Part shown: positions 33,797 to 45,100 of the stretch, piece after piece
Layout of the letters: the number at the start of each line of letters is the position of its first letter
Position numbering within the stretch: the stretch's first letter is position 1
Made by a program: the position numbers and the translations under genes
DNA from: Emiliania huxleyi CCMP1516
Lineage: Eukaryota
NCBI RefSeq assembly: GCF_000372725.1
Contig: NW_005201287.1
Location: forward strand, 961,081 to 1,025,080
DNA: 64,000 nucleotides
Direction of reading: 5' to 3'
Notes under the pieces: model-generated
Database searches by the model: none
Seen by the model: only the letters and a program-made list of their open reading frames with translations
Told to the model about the DNA's origin: nothing

Positions 33797-34807
33797 ATGG
33801 AGACGGAGGACCCAGAGGAAGGCGCCCTCTCAGGAGAGCAGAAGGTGGAGGACACCATCATCGATGAGCCCCTGCCGACTGGCGGCCGCAACCCGCCGCC
33901 CTCACACAAGGCGGCGGGCTGCAGCATCATGCTCACGCTAATGAACGTGTGCCTGCTGCTCACACTCTCGGGCGGGGTGGGCCTCGGACTTTTGATCTGG
34001 CGACGGAAGCACGTCTCGGCCGAGCCAAAGTTTGGCGCCTCGGCCGACGGCACGACGGTAACCCTCAACGGCGTCACCTTCCAAAACGTCATCTCATATG
34101 GCGACTCGCAGCTCCTCTTTGCAGGCGGCGGGGACCGTTACAAGTACGGGCTGGTCAAGGTGTACACCATCGCTGCATACCTCTCACAGAGCATGTTTGG
34201 CGCTCCAGACTGCCCCGCCGCGTCGCCCGACACCGACGCGATCATTGCGTCGTCCGACGACAAGGCGTTTGAGATCTACATGCAGTTTGGAATCTCCATG
34301 GACCTCATGACCGAGGCGATTGTCGAGGCGCTGGAGCCGCGACTTCCGGCGGACTCGGTCCATCAAACCATCAAGGCCCTAGAGGATGGGATGCTCGCAT
34401 TCAACATTAACAAACTCTCTTCCGGCAAAAAGATCTACCTGCGGTGCAGCGCAGACATCCTGATCATCACGCTCGACGGGCCGGACACGCCCGCCCAGGA
34501 GGTGAGCAGCCCGGGCCTCTGCTCGGGACTCTGGGAGATGTACATCGGTGCCGACCCCCTAGATAACGGAGCCATCAAATCCGGGTTCGAAGCGGGCTAC
34601 AAGGCGCACCTGGCCTCACTCTGCGGCGAGGAGGACGCCTTCTCCTCCGCGTCTGCGCCCGAGAAGCCCGGCTTCTCAGGCATGATGCTAAAGATGGCGG
34701 ACACGCTGGACGAGTCGGCGCAGACGGTCTTTGATTTTATGCCCCACCTTCCCATCACCATGGACTCCATGGGCATGACTAAGATGCTGCCTGATTGGAT
34801 GCAATGA
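33797..34807 (+). CDS. Membrane-anchored chalcone isomerase-like (CHI-fold/fatty-acid-binding) protein
   Basis: N-terminal TM, then LNGVTF...LLFAGGGDRYKYGLVKVYTIAAYL...EAIVEALEPRL...SPGLCSGLWEMYIGADP, matching CHI-like family motifs. Confidence 0.75.
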   Translation: METEDPEEGALSGEQKVEDTIIDEPLPTGGRNPPPSHKAAGCSIMLTLMNVCLLLTLSGGVGLGLLIWRRKHVSAEPKFGASADGTTVTLNGVTFQNVISYGDSQLLFAGGGDRYKYGLVKVYTIAAYLSQSMFGAPDCPAASPDTDAIIASSDDKAFEIYMQFGISMDLMTEAIVEALEPRLPADSVHQTIKALEDGMLAFNINKLSSGKKIYLRCSADILIITLDGPDTPAQEVSSPGLCSGLWEMYIGADPLDNGAIKSGFEAGYKAHLASLCGEEDAFSSASAPEKPGFSGMMLKMADTLDESAQTVFDFMPHLPITMDSMGMTKMLPDWMQ

Positions 34808-34919
34808 GGAGCGGGAGGGTCCCTCCGCGATAGGAGCGCTCACTCAACGTCTCGCGGCCCACAGGGGCGATGTAACTTAGCTAGCGTGCCTCTGTCCTCT
34901 GCACAAATTTTGATGCGAT

Positions 34920-35300
34920 CCGGGGGGGGGGGTTATTTCCTATGGCTATAGGGGACGCGGCTGGGAGTAGGTGACCCAGAGCCCCGGGGCAGAGAAATTG
35001 GCGACTGGGGCCCGGGGTTTGCCACCCTAACCCGGGAAGTTTTGGGGGTGTTTCAGGGGGGGGGAGCCGGTCTTTAGATTTTTTTTTTCCCCTTGGGAAA
35101 AGGAAAACAGGGTATTTTTAAACCTCAGAATCGGGGGGGGCCGGGTCGCTTTTAAGGGGGGGGCCTTTGAACCCGGGCAAACGGGTTACGTGTTTGTGGG
35201 GGTCCCCAAAAAGGGGAGGTCCCAGGGTTTTTGGGAAAACAGGGGGGCTTTTTCTGGGGTTTTTGCCCTTAAGGCCCCCCCCCCCCCCCCCCCCCCTCCT
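34920..35300. other. Homopolymer-rich segment, probably low-quality sequence or an assembly junction
   Basis: Dense G/T/C/A runs with no coherent frame, typical of read-end base calls. Confidence 0.55.
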
Positions 35301-35519
35301 CTTGAAGGCTGTGGCGGACCTTCGCAGCACCTCCATGTAGCCAGCCCGTCGCTCCGCCTCCGCCGCGCCCTTTCTGCCGCCGCGACGCCGCGTCAAAACT
35401 ATCCGCGCCCGCTGCCGCTGCAGCCCTCGGCGGCCAACCGCCGCCGCCCCACCGCCGCGCCTCCAGCGCCGCTTAGTCCCCCCCCCGGACCCCCGCGGGT
35501 GAGGGAGCAGGCCTGGGCC

Positions 35520-36916
35520 TCAGGCCTTCATAAACTCCCACACGAGTACGTTCCTGCGGCGCGAGAGAGAGAGACGTGGCCGAGAGGAGGGGGGGGGGGG
35601 CAGGAGGGGAGGGCGGCGGGGCCGGGGGGGCTGCGCGCTTGTCCATGGCGCCCGAGAAGAAGGAGTGGCCCGGCCCCTTTGCGAGACAGCGCACGACGTC
35701 CGAGTGGCCGATCCGCGTGGCGAGGATGCCGCGCTTGTCGAAGGTGGGCATGCGCCACATCTTGATGGCCTGGCGGGGAGGGTGTGGGGCGGGGGGCGAG
35801 ATGGGGGCGAGGGGGCGGGGGGGGTGGGACGGGGGGGGGGGCGAGGCGGGGGTGGCATGGCAGGGGTGCCGCCTGGTCATCGCACGCCGTGAGCAGCACC
35901 TGGTCGCCCTCCTCGCCGCCCGCCGTCGGCTCGGACACGACCGCCATCGCCGTCACGCCGGAGGGATGCCCGTGCTGGTTGGTGACGGTGTGGTCGTGCA
36001 GCAGCTCGCCGGTCGGCGACCACACCTTGACGTGCCCGTCGAGGGCCGCAGTGAACAGGTGCGACTCCTCGACCCACATCGCCATCAGCAGGTTGGTGTG
36101 CTCCGTCGCAATCTGCAGCGTGAGCGAGCCGGAGGCGAGGTCCCACAGGCAGACCGCCCCGTTGCGGTCGGCGGAGAGCAGGATGTTGGCCGCCGTCTTC
36201 ATCACCTGGATCGGCGCCTGGTGGCCCTTGAGCTCCACCACCGGCGCGAAGCCCGCCGGCGACTCTGCAAACTGCCACGTCTTGACGCCCATGTCGTCGC
36301 CGGCGGAGAAGAGGTAGGCCCCTCCCTGCGCGAGGCACCAGATGGAGCCCTGGTGCCCCTCGAGGGTCTGCTCGAAGCCGTTGCCCATGTGCCACACGCG
36401 CACCACCCCTTGCCTCCCCCCGACCGCCTGCGTGCCCGCAAAGAGCCACTCGTCAAACACGAGGATCGCCTCGACCGGCGCTCCGGCCTCGACCGTGTGG
36501 ACGCACTCGAAGCTCTGCTCCCACGACCAGAGCTTGACCATGCCGTCCGAAGACCCCGTGAACAGCTGCTTCCGCCCCTCCGCGACGTCCATGCACGAGA
36601 CGGTATTCGTGTGGCCGGTCAGCTTGGCCTGCTGCGTCGGCAGCGTGCTCGCGCCGCCGCCGCCGCCGCGCCCGCCCCTGCCGCCACGCGAGCTGCCGCG
36701 CCCGCCGCCCCATGAGTTGTCGTATCGACCACCCTTGCTGCCGCCCCTGCTGCTCCTCCCACCGCGACTGCTGCCGCCGCGACTGCTGCCGCCGCCGCTG
36801 CCAAATCCCCGCCCGCCGCCGCCGCCGCCGCCGAATCCGCCCCTGCCGCCGCCGTTGTATCCGCCGCCCTTTGAGGAGCCGCTCCTGCCGCCACTCGATC
36901 CGGGGAACGCTGGCAT
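35520..36916 (-). CDS. WD40-repeat protein with an N-terminal RGG/Gly-rich region, 2 short 3' introns
   Basis: Repeated GH...WD/W units (LTGHTNTVSC...VKLWSW, LEGHQGSIWCL, LKGHQAPIQ...CLWDL, IGHSDVVRCL...VWEF) and an RGG-rich N-terminus. Confidence 0.9.
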
Positions 36917-37269
36917 GACCGCTCCTAGGTACCGTTCAGCTCAACAACGCGGAGAGGAGCGCTTCTGCCCTGCCAGGCGCAACGCAATAAAGAGAATTTT
37001 ACCGGCACCCGACCGACTGCACGCATAGTATGTGGGAGACTCGTGCCGCCGCCCCTGCCACCCCTGTGTCAGTGTGCCTGTGGTAGGAGAGACTGCCAGC
37101 GACAAGCTGGAGGCAGGTCGCTAGACTGAGATGAGACCGCCAGTGGACGTGGGAGTCCACCGCGCACCGCGCTGCGAACCTGTCGTGTCCCTTGTCAGGA
37201 GCAGGAGAGCCCCACCTGTCCCCCTGATCGTCCTTCCAAAATCCTGCTCGTGCAGGTGGGGACCCTGTC

Positions 37270-37455
37270 CTCGTCCCATCCCTCGTTTGGCGTGTCTGTT
37301 TTGTTTCTTTCTTTCTTTTTCCATAGGAAGAGGCGGACGCCCAAGGGTGGGCGACGGCTAGCGCACCACACCCCTCTCCTTAAAATCCCTGTGTGGTGGC
37401 GGCGTGCCGTCATCATCATCCCTCCCTTGAGCTCTGCGTTTTCTTTCTTTCTTTC
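37270..37455 (-). repeat. Dispersed repeat family C, copy 1 (with GAAA tracts)
   Basis: ggcgacggctagcgcaccacacccctctccttaaaatccctgtgtggtggcggcgtgccgt is the reverse complement of 42963-43024. Confidence 0.75.
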
Positions 37456-37799
37456 TTTTGCACGGGACTGGCGCGCACTGGCACGTGCAAAAAAGAGAAT
37501 GTTCTTCAGAAAAGAGAAATCAGAAAAAACTTCTACGTACCGACTGCACTCCAAGTGCTAGTCGCAAGTGCCGTGCGCACAACACTAGCCTAGTGCTAGC
37601 CCTAGAGGAAGACTAGCGACTAGGCACGGGACTGGCGCGTATGTAATTGTTCAATTGTTCGTACACACTCGAGTACACACAGGGAAAACCTCGAAGCCCA
37701 ACCTCGAAGCCCTGGGTGCTGGGAGCCCTCCCCTTACTCTGTTGGCTGGTGAGCGCCCCTATTGATACACCGTCGGTCTACAGACTACACCTGAATGCC

Positions 37800-38693
37800 T
37801 CACTCCCCGGGCTTCTTCAGCAGCGCATGCGCCGGCATCGGGTACCCCACCTCGCCCAGCGTCACGTCGAACGCCCGCATCATCTCCTTCGTCCCCACGC
37901 TCGTGAAGCGCACCTCGCCGCGCCGCGCCTCGTTCTCGCCGCCGGGGAGTGTGCCCCAAACCCCGTCAAAGACCTCGCGCAGGGTGGCTGCGTCGACGCG
38001 CCCGCGCCGCGCACCCGGCACGTCCTCGCGAGTGAAAGTGTCGACGAGCTCGAACCGGCCGGGATAACTTGCCGCCAGGCGGGCGGCCCACTCGCGCCAA
38101 AAGGTGTCGCCGCTCGACTTTGAGCACCACAGCAGGCGCACGCTCTCGGCTTCAGCCTCGGACAGCTCGATCGCCGCGAGCGGAAGCGCCTCGGTGATAC
38201 CGACTCCAAAGGCGACCAGTCCGACGAAGGCACCGGGGTGGCGCGCCTTCTTACCCATCGGAAAGACGTCGATGGACTGGCCGACGGCGATGCTGTCGAG
38301 GTAGCCAGAGGCGCGGCCGCCCGGGTAGACCTTAAACGTGATGTCAAACTCGCCCTCTCTCGCCGCAGACATGGAGTATGACTTTGGCTTGTAGTTGGGA
38401 ACGCACACCTTGACCACGTCGCCGGTCCCAATGTTCACGCCCATGCCGAGTCGGCTGAGAGCGTCCGGGTTGCGGAACGTGAGAGTGTAGACCGGAAACC
38501 GTTCCGGCGGTGCCGGCTCGACGAGGCACTCCCTGCGCAGCAGCGTGGCCGAGTGGCCGCCAAAGAGACCCGGACCCTGCACCCTGCCGCCGCCGCCATT
38601 GCCGCCGCCCTTGCCGCCGACCTTGCCGCCGCCACCCTCGCCTTTGCCGCCACCCTTGCCGCCACCTTTGACTCCGCTGTAGCCGTCAATCAT
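37800..38693 (-). CDS. FNR-family FAD/NAD(P)-binding oxidoreductase (cytochrome b5 reductase-like)
   Basis: KSYS (RxYS-like), FDITFKVYPGGRASGYL, GLVAFGVGITE, VRLLWCSK, RGRVD, SVGTKEMM. Confidence 0.85.
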   Translation of the reverse strand: MIDGYSGVKGGGKGGGKGEGGGGKVGGKGGGNGGGGRVQGPGLFGGHSATLLRRECLVEPAPPERFPVYTLTFRNPDALSRLGMGVNIGTGDVVKVCVPNYKPKSYSMSAAREGEFDITFKVYPGGRASGYLDSIAVGQSIDVFPMGKKARHPGAFVGLVAFGVGITEALPLAAIELSEAEAESVRLLWCSKSSGDTFWREWAARLAASYPGRFELVDTFTREDVPGARRGRVDAATLREVFDGVWGTLPGGENEARRGEVRFTSVGTKEMMRAFDVTLGEVGYPMPAHALLKKPGE

Positions 38694-38952
38694 GGGTACA
38701 CGACTCAGCTTGCTCGACGCTGAGTGCTCGACGCTATATGAGCCGAACAAGGCGCGCGGCTCTCGATTCGCCGATCCTAACAGGGGGTTCGGGCTATTTA
38801 AATCTGCGGGTACCTGGGTGGCGGGGATAGACAGAAAGAAAAAAAGGCGCCGCGTCGCCCAAAGTGCGTCTGGGTGTCGACGCCTCCCCACGACGAGAAC
38901 TCCGACGACGAAAACGGGCGTTGTCTCTTGGGAGTAGCCACACCTGCACGGC

Positions 38953-40311
38953 ATGGGCCGCGAGGCGGCACGCCAGCGCGAGCGACGGGCCGTGTACCAT
39001 GCGATCCGTTCGGGCAGCCTGCACCGGCGCGCGCCCACGCTGGACGAAGTTGCGGCGCTCTTCCGCGCCATCGACCACAGGGACGTGAAGGCGTACGGCG
39101 TCTGCACGCTGGCCGCGCTCGACCTCGACACCTTGCATCCAATGCCGCCGTGGCTGCGCCAGTACATGCCCGGCGCCGAGCGACGTGTCACACTGCTCGG
39201 CTATGCCGCCCTCCGCCGGCGGCACGGCGCGGTCAAGCACCTGCTCGTCGCCGGCGCAGCTCCCACCGTGTCCGAGCGCTGCCCGGGCGGGGCCATCGAG
39301 TCGGAGGCGGAGGACGCGCGGCTGCGCGAGGCGCTCTCGCGGCGGTACGGCGCCGGGATCGCGAGTGCCGCGGCGGTGTACGCAGTCGAGCTCGTCGCGC
39401 GGCTGCGCTCCTTTGCCGCGCGCGATGCGGCGCGTGGCGCGTCGCTGCCTCCCTGCTCCGTGTGCGGAGAGAGTGGGTCGACCGCATGTTTCGACGCGTG
39501 CGGCTGCCCGTGCTGCGAGGCCTGCGTTTGGGGGGCGCTGCTGCGGCCTGGCAACGGCGGCGGTGAGATGCGATGCCCGCGCTGCGGCTCGGTCCCGCCG
39601 CTGCGCGGCGGTGGCGAGGGTGCGGCGGCAGCAGCGGAGGTGGTTGCTGTCGCTGCTGCTGACGGTGCTGCTGCTGACGGTGCCGGTGCATTCGATGGCG
39701 GTGGTGGTGGTGCTGCTGCTGCTGCTTGGACGTGCGAGTGCTGCGCGTGCGACACAAACGGCGCCCACCGGCAGTGCTGTCGCATTTGCGCGGCGAGGCG
39801 CGCGCCGCCGAGCCGCCCGCCGCCGCCGAGCTTCTGCGGAGACCTCGAGACCTCGCGACCTCGAGCGAGCCTGCAGCCGCCGAGCGTTGGCGACGACCTC
39901 GCACCCAGCCAAGCTTGCAGGGCCAGGGCCAGCGAGGCTGCGGCGGAGTGTCTTCTCGCGAGACGCAATTGGCGACCGGAGACTTGCCGGGCGGAGGAGG
40001 AGGCGGTCTGTGAGTGTGAGGCGCGCGCCGCCAACGCGCTAGCTCCCGCCCGCGGAGGCGGAGGTGGAGGCGGCGGAGGAGGAGACGGAGGAGGGGGCGG
40101 CGCGCGCGCCGTCGTCGAGTTGGCGGTGGCGAGGCGCCGCTCCTTTGGTCGGCGGCTCTGTTTCCTCACGGGCTCAGCCATCCTCACGGGCTCGGCCAGC
40201 ATGTCGGCGGCCGGAGCGAGCTCAAAGGGCGACACGCTTGTGGCTGGATTGGACCACCCACCGCTTCAGCTCCAGATCGTCCTCGACCGGCGGCAGCTCA
40301 CGGGCGCGGGA

Positions 40312-40362
<51 letters not shown>

Positions 40363-40677
40363 TGCGGCGGCTGCGGCGGCGGCGGCCCTCTCTGCCCCGC
40401 GCCCGACGGCAGCGAGGCTCTGCTTGCGATGGCGCACGCCGCGCCCGGCGACCGCGTGCGCGCGAGCGGCGCGCTGCGGGCGGTGCGGGGCACGCGCGAC
40501 GGCGAGGACGGCGCGGCGCGCTGGGAGGTCGTCGCCGACAGCGTGCAGCTGCTGCGACCGGTCGTCCTGCCGGCCGAGGAAGGTCCCTCTGCCAGCGGGC
40601 GCCCACTCGCGATGCGGCGTAGGGCGGCGGGTGGCGGCTCGGCTGCGGGCGTGGGCGCCGCGGCTCCTTCGCGGTGA
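38953..40677 (+). CDS. Multidomain protein: ankyrin-like segment, RING-like Zn finger, RanBP2-type Zn finger, OB-fold
   Basis: TLLGYAALRRRHGAVKHLLVAGAAP; CSVC...CGCPCCEAC...CPRC; WTCECCACDTN...CRICAARR; RRRSFGRRLCFL...LQIVL...PGDRVRASG...WEVVADSVQLL. Confidence 0.6.
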
Positions 40678-40947
40678 GATGTTGTGAGCCGAGAGCAGCG
40701 AGCGGAGTACTGTACTCCCCTCCATAGCCTAGAACAAGATCTTGGGGAGAGCCGTACGGGCGTGTCCCCCCGCCCTGCACGACCTTCGTGTGAGGAGTAA
40801 TGGAAATCTCTGCGCAAGAACAGTAGATCGTGGGGGTAGAGTCAGTAGATTAAGACTGGAGATCCTAGCGGATCTCTCACACGGACACGCCCAAGTCTCG
40901 CCAGTAGATCCCTCCTGTCCGGTTCCCCATTCAAGACTAAAGAACGA

Positions 40948-41400
40948 AGATTGAGATTGTGGATTGCAGATCGCTGAGCAGCAACACGGGCCAAAATGTG
41001 GGAGATAGCGATAGGAGATAGAGAATGCAGATTGTAGATCCTAGCGCCCAGCCATCCGCCCCAGATGTGAGATCGAAGATTGAAAATGGAGGTCGTAGAT
41101 TGCTGCCGGCGGCGACAGTGGCCAAGTAGAAGATTGGAGATCGGAGACGAGAGATGGTCAGTGTGAATGAATCCAAATTGCATCTCCTTGAAGGTTTGAG
41201 CCCCCCTCCTCCCCCGGGCCCCCGAATCGAGATTGGAGATTGGAGATTGGAGATGGAGATCGGAGATCTGACTGAATCCGGCCTAAGATGACGACGTTGG
41301 GAGATTGGAGATTGAAGATGGAGATCGGAGTTCTGACTGGATCCCGGCCTTAGATGACGACGCTGTGGATTAGAGAGTATTGGAGATGGGGAGATCGGAG
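40948..41400. repeat. Purine-rich (GAGATTG/GAGATCG)n low-complexity tract including a ~70-bp duplication
   Basis: gagattggagattggagatggagatcggag.tctgactg..atccggcct.agatgacgacg occurs twice (41230-41365). Confidence 0.75.
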
Positions 41401-42764
41401 CCCACCCACCCCCTTAGTGGTGTTGATAGATGTTTTATAGATTTTTGTTTTTTTCCTGTGGTCTGTGCGCGGACGGCCCGGGGAGCCTGCGGCGCCATTT
41501 TAATCTGCGCTCCTCTTCATGGCCTGCGGCGCCTGGCTTGAGCTTGGAGGTGTAAACGAGTCCGCCAGGGCGGTCTGCAAACACGGAGCGCGCTGCGCGC
41601 GCGGTCTACGGAGGGATGCGGGCAAGGCAGCGGGAGCGAGACAACAAGTATGCTAAGGTGCGAGACGGGAGCCATGCGACAAGTTGATTCTGGGTGGTGG
41701 TGATGGAGGTTGGGGGCTGGACAAACATGGAGGAAGAGGCTAGATGGAGGTCAGGTATCGTGGTCGAGTACGAGGGGTGGGGGGGGAGGGGGTTCAACCT
41801 GGTGACGGAGGACTGTGGGTCATCGCGGGAACGGGCCCGCCGGAGGCGCGCCCGGTAGATCCGGATGGCTTCACACCGGTGGGAGGCACCGAGGCGTCGC
41901 GGGGACGCTCTTCTGTTCAGTCGACGCTCGTCGTCCACTGAGAACTCAGTGGTTGTCACCACTTTGTATTCTTTAATATTAACCTTGCGAACTCGTCCCC
42001 CCCGGCAGGGCTATGCAACTGTGACCAGTGTGTGCTGTCTACGCCTGAACCAGGTGTCAAATCTGCCGATGCGTGATCTGTGTGTGGGCCGCTCTGTGAG
42101 GGGTCCAGGCATTGTCCGACGGGTAGGGGGTCTGTGCCCGGGCGGTGTCCGGTGCGGAGTCTCTCTCTGATCCCGCCTGTGGTGTTGGGTGCGAGGTCGT
42201 GGAAGCTTCGATCCCAAGGGGGGGAGCTGATCCCACTCGGTAACCAACTCTCAGGGGCAGTAGGTGGGCGGGCTTCAAGCGCGCTCATCTCGAACGACAA
42301 GGCGTCGCTACGCGCGGTCTTCCGCGGGGGGAGCTTCGTCGACGGGTGCGGGAGCGCAGCGCAGACAGTGCTGCGGCGATGCCTCCGGCTGTTTGCGGCG
42401 GGCGGCTTGCTGCTCGCGGTGATGGCGAAAAACTCGTCTCGTGGCACACCAAGGGCTTAGGCTCTGTCGAGACGTGAGGCGTATGCGCCCAGGAGGGGAG
42501 GGTGCATGCGTAACGACGCTGCTAGAGATGCCTTTCGGGGCCCAGAGATAAAACTTCTGATGCCATGCGTGACCTAGTAGTGTCCCCAGCTATGGGCGTG
42601 TCCACGTTGGAGCCAGGTGTGGTGTGGACGCGAGAATAGCTCCGCCGTTCATGGAGGCAACCGATGCGAGTCGACTGGTGTGTGTCGTCGTGGTTTCGTA
42701 TCAAGAATTCTCTCTCTCTCTCTCTCTCGTCGGACACCGCTCTGAAACAAGTACAAGAAAGTGA

Positions 42765-43048
42765 AAGAACAACACGGACAACCCAAAGGAGGGATGGGAG
42801 GACGGCGACGCCTTTAACACAGGATTGAAAAAGAAAGAAAGAAAGAAAACGGACAAGCCAAGGGAGGGATGGAGAAAGAAAGAAAGAAAGAAAACAGACA
42901 ACCCAAGCGGGGAAAAAAGAAAGAAAGAAAGAAAACACAAAACCCAAGGGAGGGATGGGAGAACGGCACGCCGCCACCACACAGGGATTTTAAGGAGAGG
43001 AGTGTGGTGCGCTAGCCGTCGCCAGCGGGGAGGGATGGAGGACGGCAT
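42765..43048 (+). repeat. Dispersed repeat family C, copy 2 (internally iterated GAAA/acccaagggagggatggg units)
   Basis: Matches 37270-37455 (inverted) and 52747-52808. Confidence 0.75.
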
Positions 43049-43096
43049 AGACGGGCCTTTTTTTAGCGGCGCCGACGCCAAAGTGCCCGCACACAG

Positions 43097-44881
43097 ATGA
43101 TGGTCGGCTCCGTCGCCGTCAAAATCGCTCGCGTGCCTGCCGACACAAGCCTTCTCTTCCCAACCAACGCCCGCCGGCTCACGCGCTTCATGATGGAGGA
43201 GACGTACGGGGGTTGCCGGCCTCTCTCTGCGGCGTGGGCGCAGCGCGGTGTGCTGGACGCGACGGCAGACTCCGACTTCTACTCCCGGCTGGCCTACTAC
43301 GAGTCGATGCGCACCGAGGGCCGTCCCCGTGGCAGCATCTTTCAAGCGCTCGCGGCGGACGGCTCCCTCTGTGGCTTTGCCGACGTCGGTGCTCACCTCT
43401 GGCTGCCGAACGATGGCGTGCACCGACTGCCTGATAGCGAGGATCTGCAGCGGCTCGCCTCCACCGGGATCGGCGCCGACGGCGCTCCAAAGACAGACGT
43501 GGTGTTGCGGCCATACGTCTCAAACCTGGTGGTGAGCTCCTCGCTGCGGCGGTGCGGGATCGGGCGCCGGCTGCTCGCGGCGTGTGAGGAGGAGGCGGCG
43601 CAGTGGGCGGCCGCCTGCGGCAGCGTCGGCGGCGGCGGCGGCGCGTGCGAGGAGGTCTGGCTCGAGGTTTCGGCCGCGAACTCAAACGCCCTGAGCTTCT
43701 ACTCCTCGTGCGGCTTCCGCCAGGCGGGAAGCACTCGCGGCAGCGAGGTGCAGCGCGGCGAGGGAGGCTTCAGCATGGTGGACGTGGAGCGGCGGGTCCT
43801 GTGCAAGCCGCTCGCGAGGCTGCGCGGGGGACATGTGCATGTGCATGGAAAGGTACATGTGCGGGCTGCCCACGCGCGGGCAGCCGCCCCGGCGATGTGC
43901 GCGCCGCCTGCGCGGGTCCACCAGGCGTACACGGCAGAAGAAGACGCGTGGCTGTGGGAGCGGCGGCACGAGCCTGCGGCGGAGGTTGCGGCCGCGCTCG
44001 GCCGCGGCGAGAAGTCCGTCGTGGCCCGCCTCGCGCGCCTCCGGCTGCCCTCCACCTCCGGCCACGCGCGCCTCTTCCACGCGCGCGGAGGCCAGAGGGA
44101 GGGGGCGGGGGCGGAGGAGGAGCCGAGCAAGGGTGCTCCGCTCCGGCCGGCGCGAGACTGCCTGCAGCGGATCGCACACGACCCCTCGCTGCGCAGCTCC
44201 GACTTCAGCGTCGGCTACCGCGACCGCTTCCGCCCGGCGGCGCTCGAGGCGCCGTTCGACGCCCCGAACGAGGCGGTGCGCGGTGGGGAGCGGTCGCTCG
44301 TCTTTGCGCTGCCCGAGCACCGCATCGAGTTCATCAAGTACCGAAGGCGCGTCGTCTGGCACAAGGGCAGCCGCACCGACCTCGTATTCGGCTCGACGGG
44401 GCAGTGCCGCATCCAGGAGGTCGTGGCAACCTACGCGGAGTGGGAGGAGGACCGCGCCGCAGCGCTGCGCCGTGCGCGGGCTCGGGCTTCACGAGCGCTC
44501 TCTCGATCGCTCGGCGGCAAGCCTGCTGGGAGGGAGGCCCTCGCTGCCTTTGGTCGGCGGGTGGGGCGCGTGAATGCCGGCGAGCTCACGGCCGCCGCCC
44601 TGGCGGAGGAGGCTCTCTCGCCCGCCTACTTTGGCGCCGACGGGGACGGCGGCGGCGGAGAGCCGAGCGCAGGGGGGGAGAATGCGCCAGTGGCGGCGGT
44701 GCTGGAGCTTGTCAGCACTCTGCCCGACGAGAGGGCGGCGTTGCGCGAGGAGCTCGAAGCGGAGCTCCGAGGGCGGATCGCGTCCAGCGCCGCGCGGGAG
44801 AGTCTGCGTGCGGCCCGCGAGGCGACCGTCAGTGCCAAGCAGGCGCTGGAGGGACGGCCTCCGCGGCCGAGTGCGCCCTGA
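43097..44881 (+). CDS. GNAT acetyltransferase + HTH/Myb-like + MJ1316 (DUF504, LENG9-like) domain ORF
   Basis: GNAT motif A YVSNLVVSSSLRRCGIGRRLL...WLEVSAANSNALSFYSSCGF; YTAEEDAWLW...LGRGEKSV; LRPARDCLQRIAHDP...FSVGYRDRF...LPEHRIEFIKY...VWHKGSRTDLVFGS. Confidence 0.75.
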   Translation: MMVGSVAVKIARVPADTSLLFPTNARRLTRFMMEETYGGCRPLSAAWAQRGVLDATADSDFYSRLAYYESMRTEGRPRGSIFQALAADGSLCGFADVGAHLWLPNDGVHRLPDSEDLQRLASTGIGADGAPKTDVVLRPYVSNLVVSSSLRRCGIGRRLLAACEEEAAQWAAACGSVGGGGGACEEVWLEVSAANSNALSFYSSCGFRQAGSTRGSEVQRGEGGFSMVDVERRVLCKPLARLRGGHVHVHGKVHVRAAHARAAAPAMCAPPARVHQAYTAEEDAWLWERRHEPAAEVAAALGRGEKSVVARLARLRLPSTSGHARLFHARGGQREGAGAEEEPSKGAPLRPARDCLQRIAHDPSLRSSDFSVGYRDRFRPAALEAPFDAPNEAVRGGERSLVFALPEHRIEFIKYRRRVVWHKGSRTDLVFGSTGQCRIQEVVATYAEWEEDRAAALRRARARASRALSRSLGGKPAGREALAAFGRRVGRVNAGELTAAALAEEALSPAYFGADGDGGGGEPSAGGENAPVAAVLELVSTLPDERAALREELEAELRGRIASSAARESLRAAREATVSAKQALEGRPPRPSAP

Positions 44882-45100
44882 TAACAAGTTGTGTTTACTT
44901 ACACGTACCACGTCCCCTTGACTATGGCTTAGAGCCGTAAGGTCCCCACACTGTGGGTCCACGGCGATCTGTCGACCACGAAATCGGAAATCGAGAAAAA
45001 AGCGGCGGCGGCCCACGGTTTGGAGATGGACGTCACACCCTCCACCGTCGAACCAACGCTATCTCTATGTGTACTGGCCACTACTTGTACTTGTGCACAA

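Noticed and set aside
34920..35300. Possible novel G-quadruplex or regulatory island
   Set aside because: Runs of all four bases look like low-quality base calls; cannot be interpreted without reads.
41606..42700. Retrotransposon remnant
   Set aside because: No RT, integrase or endonuclease motif is recognisable in any frame.
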